Source: a virus
Length of the DNA stretch: 64,000 nucleotides
Virus record (IMG/VR): IMGVR_UViG_3300022858_000345
Location: 8,602 to 72,601 of that record
Reading direction: 5' to 3' (one strand)
Made by a program: the position numbers and the translations under genes. Of the stretch, positions 1 through 7,937 are shown in pieces. A model generated the notes under the pieces. It was not told the origin of the DNA, did not search any database, and saw only the letters and a program-made list of their open reading frames with translations. Each line of letters starts with the position of its first letter. The stretch's first letter is position 1.

Positions 1-954
1 ATTATTCCTGCAATATTAGCAGAAGAAGGAAATTTAACTAAGGCAATGTTATTTGGGCTTATTACTAGTTTAACTAATAGAAAAGGATATTGTTATGCAA
101 GTAATAAATATTTAGCTGAAAAATTTAATAGAAAAGATAAATCTATTATTAGTAAGTACATTTCAGAGCTGGAATCAGGGGGCTGGATAATTACTGAAAT
201 AGATAAAGAAGCTGGCAATAAGCGAAAAATTTGGCTAGTAATGGGCTATATGGAAAAAACCAATAAGGTATACGGAAAAAACCTTATAGGTAATGGGAAT
301 AAACCTAAGAGCTATAAGGAAAAAACCGAGGATATTAATATAAGAGAAAATAATAAAGGAGTAATAAAAGAGAAAAGTTCTCCTAAAGGAGATCAGCGAA
401 AAGAAAATTCTGATCAGAAAGAGAAAGCTGATATCAGAACTAGCTCCCCCGAAATTTCTATAAAATCTAAAATTAATTTGTCAAGTATTAGTAAAGAGGC
501 ACCTATAGAAAGGAAAGTAAATGCTTTAACTGATCCAGATCATTTAAAAGTCTTTGAAGTTTATCACGAATTGTTTGGCTATGTGAGGTGTAGTATTAAA
601 ACTCCAAGCATCTTAGTAGGTATACCTAGAGCGGTTAAAATTTATAAAGAGTTTTATCGTGAGGAGGCGGCTGATAAACTAGTAGAAGCTTTAAAGAGCT
701 TTGAAAAATCGGAATTAATGACTTGGATGATGGATAAAGATATTCGTACGATGGCTCCTAAAAGCATTTTCAGCGAATCTTTCGTTTCAGACCATTTATT
801 AACTTTTAATATACAAAATAAAGATGGGAACAATAGTAACCAACATCCGCAGACGGATGAAGAACTACGGAAAATCTCGCAAGATAACAAAGAGCGTTAT
901 CAAAAGTGGATGGAAAGACGTAGTGGAAAACAAGATACAGAAGCCAGGGTGTAA
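1..954 (+). CDS. Phage replication initiator (N-terminal winged HTH, lambda O/DnaD-like organisation); 5' end probably outside the window
   Basis: The frame is open from base 1 (IIPAILAEEGNLTKAMLFGLI...). GYCYASNKYLAEKF..IISKYISELESGGWI is typical of phage initiator HTH domains. The gene contains iterons and lies directly upstream of a DnaC-like gene. Confidence 0.75.
   Translation: MIPAILAEEGNLTKAMLFGLITSLTNRKGYCYASNKYLAEKFNRKDKSIISKYISELESGGWIITEIDKEAGNKRKIWLVMGYMEKTNKVYGKNLIGNGNKPKSYKEKTEDINIRENNKGVIKEKSSPKGDQRKENSDQKEKADIRTSSPEISIKSKINLSSISKEAPIERKVNALTDPDHLKVFEVYHELFGYVRCSIKTPSILVGIPRAVKIYKEFYREEAADKLVEALKSFEKSELMTWMMDKDIRTMAPKSIFSESFVSDHLLTFNIQNKDGNNSNQHPQTDEELRKISQDNKERYQKWMERRSGKQDTEARV
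246..327 (+). repeat. Four iteron-like direct repeats (core GGAAWAAACC) with 22-bp period; putative replication origin
   Basis: Cores start at 252, 274, 296 and 318 (ggaaaaaacc, ggaaaaaacc, ggaataaacc, ggaaaaaacc), inside the initiator gene and followed by A-rich DNA. Confidence 0.7.
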
Positions 955-1612
955 AGAATGCCAAAAAGGTTATATCAAAGTATATAATCCTAATGGCTTT
1001 GGTTTCAAGAATAGAATCTGTAGTTGTTTAGTTGAATATGAAAGTTTTAGACATACTAAAAAATTACTAGAAGAGTCTAATATGCCAGAGCGACCAAAAA
1101 AATTTTTTAGGTTGGAAAATTGGGAACAAAATGATTTAGTTAATTTTGACCTTTTAAAATCTATTGTAGAAAGCAAGGAAGGAGAAGAGAATTGGTTATT
1201 TTTACACGGCGATGCAGGTACAGGGAAAACTTTTGCTAGTATAATTCTAGCTCAGATAGCTTTATTAAAAGAAATGAGCGTTTATTTTGTAAATGTCACA
1301 AACTTGTTAGACAGTCTTAGACCTAATACTCAGGATGGAGTAGAACCTCAATCGGTTATGGACAAGTGTGCCTCCTCAGACGTGCTTATACTAGACGACA
1401 TAGGACATGAAAAAAGTTCCCAATGGGTTAGAGAGAGATTATATAGAATTATTAATGATAGATGGAATGCAGCAAAAATCACAGTATTTACAAGTAACTT
1501 TAATATAGAGCATTTAAGAGATACTATCAGCCCAGCAGTTTATTCAAGAGTAAAAGGTGAGAGTTTAGAAATAGAAATGAAATCTAAAATTGATAAACGT
1601 ATAAAATTATGA
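824..1612 (+). CDS. DnaC/IstB-like AAA+ helicase loader
   Basis: CxxC...CxC Zn motif, Walker A GDAGTGKT, Walker B LILDDIG, TSN and SR motifs. The true start may be downstream of 824. Confidence 0.9.
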   Translation: MGTIVTNIRRRMKNYGKSRKITKSVIKSGWKDVVENKIQKPGCKECQKGYIKVYNPNGFGFKNRICSCLVEYESFRHTKKLLEESNMPERPKKFFRLENWEQNDLVNFDLLKSIVESKEGEENWLFLHGDAGTGKTFASIILAQIALLKEMSVYFVNVTNLLDSLRPNTQDGVEPQSVMDKCASSDVLILDDIGHEKSSQWVRERLYRIINDRWNAAKITVFTSNFNIEHLRDTISPAVYSRVKGESLEIEMKSKIDKRIKL

Positions 1613-1851
1613 CTAAGACAATAACAAAACAAGATTTAGAAGATAATTCTCCTGTAACTAAAAAAATATTCAAAGAAGAAATGGAAGATTTGAAGAATAG
1701 TATTATAAAAAGTAATAATATAGATGAAAAAACTATTCAGCTAAAAACTACCTATAATAGAGATACTAGGCTAACTACTGTAGTTGCTTTATCTAATAAA
1801 GGAAATATTTATAATGGCTATATACAAGATCAATATTCTACTATTTGCTAG
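1609..1851 (+). CDS. Hypothetical protein
   Basis: ATGA overlap with the upstream stop; co-oriented. Confidence 0.55.
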   Translation: MTKTITKQDLEDNSPVTKKIFKEEMEDLKNSIIKSNNIDEKTIQLKTTYNRDTRLTTVVALSNKGNIYNGYIQDQYSTIC

Positions 1852-1891
1852 AATGGAATGATACCACCAATAATTTATTAACCATAAAACT

Positions 1892-2197
1892 ATGGAACAA
1901 ACAAAGAAACAAAAGATGGTAGCAATGATTGAAAAATTGCGTCTATCTTTAAAAAATCACCCGAAAGAATGGGTATGTACAGAATGTGTTTTAAAGCATA
2001 AAGGAAGCGGCGTAGAGCTATGGATGTGTAATGGGAGGTTATATTTTAGGATTTATAAGCCAAGTAAAGTAGATTTACCTTTTTTTAAGGCGCGTAAATT
2101 GTATAAAGATGCTTGCAAATTTTGGACTAAAAACACAATGGATTATAATGAGAAACAATTAGACAAAAGTTTTAAAATTATAAAAAACTTAAAATAA
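1892..2197 (+). CDS. Hypothetical protein
   Basis: 101-aa ORF with the phage-typical aacc/A-rich start context. Confidence 0.6.
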   Translation: MEQTKKQKMVAMIEKLRLSLKNHPKEWVCTECVLKHKGSGVELWMCNGRLYFRIYKPSKVDLPFFKARKLYKDACKFWTKNTMDYNEKQLDKSFKIIKNLK

Positions 2198-2198
2198 T

Positions 2199-4034
2199 AT
2201 GTATAAATACCTCATACAATATTTCAAAGATAAGAGTATAGAATTTAAAACTTCTGGAGAGCAGTTTGTATTAAAAACATGTCCTAGTTGTGGAGATTCT
2301 GCTTTTCACCATTTTTATATGGCTCAAGATACTGGGTTATGGGATTGTAAAAAATGTCTAGCAAAAGGAAATTTTAATCAATACAGAAAGTTCTTTGGGG
2401 ATTCAGAAATAGATTTATCTAAGTTTGAAAATACAAAAAAAGTATCTAAAAAAGAATATAGAACTTTGAATTATAGTGTACCTATACAATATGCTTCTAG
2501 GTTATGGGGGATAGATGAAAAGTATAAAGACTATTTGCAAAAAGAAAGGAAGTTATCAGAAAAAGTTTTAAAGGAGTTTCAGATAGGTTGCACAGGCAGG
2601 AGTATTTCGATCCCGATTTTTGAAAATAGTAAATTAGTAAATATCAGATATAGACGAAATCCCTTTATAGATAAGAATAAAGAAGCAGGGCCTAGATATT
2701 CGCAAGAAAAAGGATGTAAACCAACTTTATTTAATGGAGACATATTAAAAGAACCTTTGAAAAGAGTTTTCTTATGTGAAGGAGAATTTGATGCGCTGCA
2801 ATTAGTACAAAAAGGTTTTAGAAATACCGTTTCAGTAACATTAGGAGCGGGTTATTTTCCAGATGACTGGGTTGATAAGTTTAAAGATGTTCAAACTATT
2901 TACTTAGTTTATGATGCTGATGAAGCAGGTAAGGAAGGGGCTAAGATGACAGCAAATAAACTAGGAATTGATAGATGTAAAATAATATTATTACCAAAGA
3001 AGGACGGTAGAACAAAGACAGATATTACAAATTACTTTGTTGATGATGGTTTAACAAAGGCTGACTTCAATGAATTAATTAAGAATGTAAAACCTATTAG
3101 AAGTGTTCAGAGTGATAGTGTTAAGCATATTTCAGAGTTTAGAGAAGAGATTAGAAAGAGATTAATAGAGGGGGAGTACATAGGTATAAGTACTGGATAT
3201 GACGGTATAGATGAAAAAATGGGAGGTATGAGAAAAGGAAGATTAATAATTCTTTCAGGATTATCTAGTACAGGTAAAACTAGTATGTGTTTAAATATAG
3301 CTTTAAATGTTGCTAAGAATAAAAACCCAATATTTTATTTTAGTTTAGAGATGCCTCCAATAGATATTGTTAGGAAATTCTTAATGCTAGAATCTAAACT
3401 AACTAATTCACAATTAAAAAAAGTTGATGATCCTTCTAAGGTTTTAGAAAAAGTAGATGAGGCTTTAGTAGCTTTTGATAGCGAAGCGGAAAGACCAATA
3501 TATTTATATAATGGTTCTGGTATGGTTAAGTTTAATATATTGGCTGAGTGTGCAAGAATAGTTAAAGAGGAATACGGTTGTCAGTGTATTTTTGTAGATC
3601 ATTTACATTATTTTGCACACGGGTCTTATAATTTAACAGCAGAGACATCACAAGTAGTTAGACAAATTAAACAGTTAGCTATAGAGCTTGATTTACCGAT
3701 AGTATTAGTAACGCATTTGAATAGGTCTGGTAGGCAGAAACAAAAGAAAGGACTCTATGTACCTTCTTTGTCAGATTTAAGAGATACAGGGGCATTAGAA
3801 CAAGATGCAGATCAAGTATTATTTGTTTGTAGAGATAGTGAGAATGAAGAGCCAGAAGAGAGAAAAAAATCTTTTATTAAAGGAGCTAAAAATAGAGATG
3901 GATATGCAGGGTGGAGTGTTAGTTGTGAATTTGATGAAGAGATTACTACATTTATTGAAGAAGCTCCAGGAGTTGACCATGCGGGAGAAGCAAAGAAAGT
4001 AGAAGTAGAAATGAAAGAGGAAGTAGAATTATAG
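2199..4034 (+). CDS. Primase-helicase (Zn finger + TOPRIM + DnaB-like helicase; T7 gp4/Twinkle-like)
   Basis: CPSC...CKKC Zn finger, EGEFD and YDADEAG TOPRIM motifs, Walker A GLSSTGKT, FSLEM, VDHLH, LSDLRDTGALEQDAD, KNRDG. Confidence 0.93.
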   Translation: MYKYLIQYFKDKSIEFKTSGEQFVLKTCPSCGDSAFHHFYMAQDTGLWDCKKCLAKGNFNQYRKFFGDSEIDLSKFENTKKVSKKEYRTLNYSVPIQYASRLWGIDEKYKDYLQKERKLSEKVLKEFQIGCTGRSISIPIFENSKLVNIRYRRNPFIDKNKEAGPRYSQEKGCKPTLFNGDILKEPLKRVFLCEGEFDALQLVQKGFRNTVSVTLGAGYFPDDWVDKFKDVQTIYLVYDADEAGKEGAKMTANKLGIDRCKIILLPKKDGRTKTDITNYFVDDGLTKADFNELIKNVKPIRSVQSDSVKHISEFREEIRKRLIEGEYIGISTGYDGIDEKMGGMRKGRLIILSGLSSTGKTSMCLNIALNVAKNKNPIFYFSLEMPPIDIVRKFLMLESKLTNSQLKKVDDPSKVLEKVDEALVAFDSEAERPIYLYNGSGMVKFNILAECARIVKEEYGCQCIFVDHLHYFAHGSYNLTAETSQVVRQIKQLAIELDLPIVLVTHLNRSGRQKQKKGLYVPSLSDLRDTGALEQDADQVLFVCRDSENEEPEERKKSFIKGAKNRDGYAGWSVSCEFDEEITTFIEEAPGVDHAGEAKKVEVEMKEEVEL

Positions 4035-4057
4035 CAAACAGGAATACCTATATAAAA

Positions 4058-4089
4058 AACTTGCAAAAGTTGAAAAAGTAATATATACT
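4058..4089 (+). promoter_or_regulatory. Sigma70-like promoter TTGCAA-17-TATACT with overlapping AACTT-N4-AAGTT inverted repeat
   Basis: -35 at 4061-4066, -10 at 4084-4089; same motif family as 11849, 12095, 21873 and 48337. Confidence 0.7.
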
Positions 4090-4112
4090 TAATTAGAATT
4101 TAATTAAAAAAT

Positions 4113-4322
4113 ATGGCAGATAAAACTATTAAAATAAAAATAACAATACAGTATGGAGAAGATGATTTTTGGGTAGAGGAGATTAATTTACAAGACCCTA
4201 ATATACCTTATATGAGAGAAGGGGAATTTATAATATCTCATAAGATTCAAAATATGGGAGACAAAATTATTCCGTTAGCTTTAAAAGAAATAACAAAAAA
4301 ATTCCCAAATGCCAATACTTAA
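4113..4322 (+). CDS. Hypothetical protein
   Basis: First ORF after the promoter. Confidence 0.55.
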   Translation: MADKTIKIKITIQYGEDDFWVEEINLQDPNIPYMREGEFIISHKIQNMGDKIIPLALKEITKKFPNANT

Positions 4323-4629
4323 AGAAGTACATACAGTGCAGACAGTAGTATGCGATAGATGTGGACAAAGAAAAGAGTTAGATAAAGTAAAACCTTATAA
4401 ACAATTGATTATATTTAAGTTTACAGAAAAAGACGGATTAAGATTATTTGAAAAAAAGACTAAAATTAAACATTATGAAAGTTTTCAAATTCCTAATAGG
4501 AAAGAAGTTATTTTTTGTTCATTAGATTGTGCAAAGAAATGGATACAACATACAACGGATTTATTTTTAGCAGAAATAAAATCAGATCATCATACTATTT
4601 CAGGATTAAAACGTAAGCAACTTAACTAA
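4309..4629 (+). CDS. Hypothetical protein with CxxC...FCSxxC Zn-binding motif
   Basis: CDRCG and FCSLDC. Confidence 0.55.
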   Translation: MPILKEVHTVQTVVCDRCGQRKELDKVKPYKQLIIFKFTEKDGLRLFEKKTKIKHYESFQIPNRKEVIFCSLDCAKKWIQHTTDLFLAEIKSDHHTISGLKRKQLN

Positions 4630-4660
4630 ATATATAACTAAATTTTTAACCAAAAAAATT

Positions 4661-5440
4661 ATGAATGACAGTAGTATTGTCCCTATTGAAAAGGGATTAG
4701 ATTCTCAGAGTGAGGAGGAGTTATTATCTGAGTGGCAAAAAAGTAATGTATCTCAGAAATCTAGGTTTAATATTATCTCTCTCGATAATACTAAGCTATC
4801 AAAAGACGGGCAAAGTACAAATGCAAACTTCGGTAGTTTATCTGCTACAAAGTTTGACGGTGATGATGCTGTATCTGAAATATTACCTGCGGGCTTTTCG
4901 TTCTTTGTAGTTAAAAGCAGAGTTCAAATTGTTTGTAATAGTTATCCTACAGATCAGTCAGTAAAACAGTATCCACAATATATTTGTAAAGAGGTAGACC
5001 CTTTTGAAGATATTGAAGTAATAGATTATTTAACAAAGGAAATTGTAGCTAGAGGACCTTATAAAAGTTTGAAAGAACAGTATAAACTGAAGTATAAGGT
5101 TGCTCTTTATGTTTATTATAAAGAGAGTATGTATAGGTGGCTAATTGGAGGAAAGAGTACGCTAGGAAGTTGGTTTGGTGTTTCTAATGAGATAAACGAA
5201 CTTCAAAGACCTTATCAGCTTAAATTAAAATCTGTTACTGAGAATCAAAATTCTGGTATATTTTGGAATGATTTAGAATTTGAGTTAGGAGATAAAATGG
5301 ATGTTAAACTAGCTGTAGGATTGCAGAGAAGTTTAAATAATGTTAAGCCTATAGAAAGTAAAGAAATTTCTAAACCTGCTTCTGAAGTTCCAACGCAGAT
5401 AGAAGAAATGTCAATTGAGGGGGATGAAGTACCAGTTTAA
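4661..5440 (+). CDS. Hypothetical protein, possibly ssDNA-binding
   Basis: Lies in the replication module, is beta-rich and has an acidic C-terminal tail (EEMSIEGDEVPV). The function is a guess. Confidence 0.4.
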   Translation: MNDSSIVPIEKGLDSQSEEELLSEWQKSNVSQKSRFNIISLDNTKLSKDGQSTNANFGSLSATKFDGDDAVSEILPAGFSFFVVKSRVQIVCNSYPTDQSVKQYPQYICKEVDPFEDIEVIDYLTKEIVARGPYKSLKEQYKLKYKVALYVYYKESMYRWLIGGKSTLGSWFGVSNEINELQRPYQLKLKSVTENQNSGIFWNDLEFELGDKMDVKLAVGLQRSLNNVKPIESKEISKPASEVPTQIEEMSIEGDEVPV

Positions 5441-5608
5441 CCAAAAAGCATTATGCCTTACAGATTTATAGGAGGGAAGAGAGTTAAAACAAGTTTAGAA
5501 ACTATTGATAAAGTTTTAGCTACGCCCTCCTATGTAGGGCAAGCCCCTTTAGTATCAGAAAACTTAGCAGGACCAAAAAAACCTAAAAAGAAACCTAAAA
5601 AATAAATT

Positions 5609-5935
5609 ATGATTAGTTTACTAAAAAAATATAACTCTGCATTACAAGATATATACGCTCATGTTGGGTTTAAAGAAGATTGGGTAGTGTGTCCTATAGA
5701 TGATCTATCTGAATGTTATTGGAGATTGTCAGGAAATCCTGCTATAGATGTTATATATGGGGATAAAAAAGATGTTGAGGAAGAAAACGGAGAGCATTAT
5801 AGTGCTGAAATCTATACACAAAGATTTTATAATAAATGGATATATGAAGGAGAGTTATTTACTATGATTTTCATAGATACTCATACAGATGGTATGAAAT
5901 ATTTTGCTGTTTTTGATAACTCAAAAAAATTATGA
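5609..5935 (+). CDS. Hypothetical phage protein
   Basis: 108-aa ORF, co-oriented. Confidence 0.6.
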   Translation: MISLLKKYNSALQDIYAHVGFKEDWVVCPIDDLSECYWRLSGNPAIDVIYGDKKDVEEENGEHYSAEIYTQRFYNKWIYEGELFTMIFIDTHTDGMKYFAVFDNSKKL

Positions 5936-6068
5936 CACTTAAATCAGATAAATTAACAGAAATTATATCACAGTTTGTAGATAAAAATTTTCCTAAAGGG
6001 AAAGAGGATAGAGGGTTTGTGATTCTAGTTCTTGCTTCATTTCTAATAGAATTTGAAAATAATAAAAA

Positions 6069-6452
6069 ATGGAAAATAGTAAAGAAGAAGGTGTTACCAA
6101 AGAAGTAGGTGAATTACTTTTTAGACTACAGCCTAGATGTATAAACTGTGGAAGTACTAATATGATTGCGGCTCATCATAGAATATTTAGGAGTGAAGGG
6201 AATGAAGTATTGAAAGAATGGTTAGAAAAAATGGCAGGAGTATTCCTACATAGCCGAGGGAGAGATTTAATTATTTGGGAGTCAATACACAGCATTCAGA
6301 ATTTATGTGTTTTATGTCAGAATTGCCACACAGGAAATATTAAAGCAGTGCATGGAGGAAATGAGAAATTGAGGCAAGTATTAAAAAATAGTTACACAGA
6401 TCCAAAAACTGGGTTTAATATAGCTTATTACAAAAAAACATTACCATATTAA
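6069..6452 (+). CDS. HNH-like nuclease (Zn-binding beta-beta-alpha-Me fold)
   Basis: CINC...AHHRIFRS...NLCVLCQNCH. Confidence 0.65.
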   Translation: MENSKEEGVTKEVGELLFRLQPRCINCGSTNMIAAHHRIFRSEGNEVLKEWLEKMAGVFLHSRGRDLIIWESIHSIQNLCVLCQNCHTGNIKAVHGGNEKLRQVLKNSYTDPKTGFNIAYYKKTLPY

Positions 6453-6724
6453 AATGATAGATAGATTCCCAATACCTTCTTACAAGATTAAAAGTGTAGT
6501 TGAGTATCCAAATTCGGATAGAGTAGAATTTATTTTAAAAAATGGTTTTAGAATTATAGCTTCTAAAAAACAGTTTCAAGACTATAAGGCTTTTAAAAAT
6601 AGTGTAGAGATGCACAATAAAAAAAGAACATAATGAATAGAGAAAGAATAACAGTTGCTTTTAATACTAGTATTGCTATTTTTGTTTTTATAATATACAG
6701 TGTTAAAGTAATTTAAGAATAGTT

Positions 6725-7423
6725 ATGACAATGAAAGGAAAAAAACATTCAGATAAAAGTAAGAAAAAAATGTCTATTAGTCATTCAGGGCATGGAACAA
6801 GTGAGGATACTAAGAAGAAGTTAAGCCAAGCTTTAATAAAGGCTTATACAGAAGGTAGAAAGAGTAAACATAAATCTTTAGAGCAAAGGAAAAAAATTAG
6901 TAATACATTAAAGGGTAATATACCTTGGAATAAAGGAAAGAAATTATCTGAGGAACATAAGAAAAAAATAGGTATGGCTAGAGAGGGTAAAAAGTTTCCA
7001 AATTTAAGTAGAGCTATGCTAGGTAGAAAGGTTAGTTTAGCAACTAGAGAAAAAATTGGGTTGGGTAATAAGGGTAAAATAGAATCTATAGAAACTAAGA
7101 AGAAAAAAAGTATTGCTAATACTAAGGAAAAAAATCCAGCTTGGAAAGGAGGTATTTCTCAAGAGAATCTAAAATGTAGGCAAGGATATAAGTATAAAAC
7201 TTGGGTTAGACAAGTATTAAAAAGAGATAATAATTCTTGTAAAGTATGTCAGAGAGCTACTGACATAGTGTGCCATCATTTAGAAGGGTTTGATACTAAT
7301 ATAAAACTAAGATTTGAGGTAAGTAATGGAGTGTCTTTATGTAGGGATTGTCACGCAAAGTTTCATAAAAAATATGGATATGGTAATAATACTAAACAAC
7401 AAATAAATGAGTTTATTAAATAA
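6725..7423 (+). mobile_element. Free-standing NUMOD3-repeat HNH homing endonuclease
   Basis: K-rich HSxxxKKKMS/PWNKGK repeats, WKGG, CKVC...HH...NGVSLCRDCH. Promoter TTGCTA-17-TACAGT starts at 6673. Confidence 0.88.
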
Positions 7424-7937
7424 AGATAGCATAGTTATTGCTTGCGACCCTAGTTTTTGTAGTACAGGAATTGCTATTTTTAAAGGGGAAGATTTAATTC
7501 ATAAATGTACTATAAAAACTAGTACTAAAGATGAGTATAGGTTTGAGATTATAGGAATAGAGTTTAAAAAGCTTTTAGCTTATTTTCCAACTGTATTAGT
7601 AATAGAGTCACAGTATATTAGCCCAAAATTTTCTAATATAAATACATTAAGGGTTGTGGAGGTAAAAGGATTTATGGAAGGGCTTTTTATGTATCATTGC
7701 TTAGAATCAGGAATTAAACCTTTAATGGTAGAAGTAGCTCCAAAGGAAGCTAAGAAATTTATAGGAGTTATTGGTAATAATGACACTAAGAAGCAGGTAC
7801 AGGTTTTAGTAGAGCAGAGATTTCCTGAACTAAAAAAAGTTAATCAAGATGAAGCAGATGCAATTGCTATTGGATTAACAGGTATTGAAAAGCTTAATTC
7901 TCAGCAATTATTACAAAAATATAAAGATAAAATATGA
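7407..7937 (+). CDS. RuvC-like Holliday junction resolvase
   Basis: IACDPSFCSTGIAIF, VIE and DEADAIAIG RNase H-fold catalytic motifs. Confidence 0.85.
   Translation: MSLLNKDSIVIACDPSFCSTGIAIFKGEDLIHKCTIKTSTKDEYRFEIIGIEFKKLLAYFPTVLVIESQYISPKFSNINTLRVVEVKGFMEGLFMYHCLESGIKPLMVEVAPKEAKKFIGVIGNNDTKKQVQVLVEQRFPELKKVNQDEADAIAIGLTGIEKLNSQQLLQKYKDKI

Noticed and set aside
246-327. CRISPR-like mini-array
   Set aside because: The period is only 22 bp with ~10-bp cores inside a coding region and no cas genes; iterons fit better. No CRISPR array was seen anywhere in the window.
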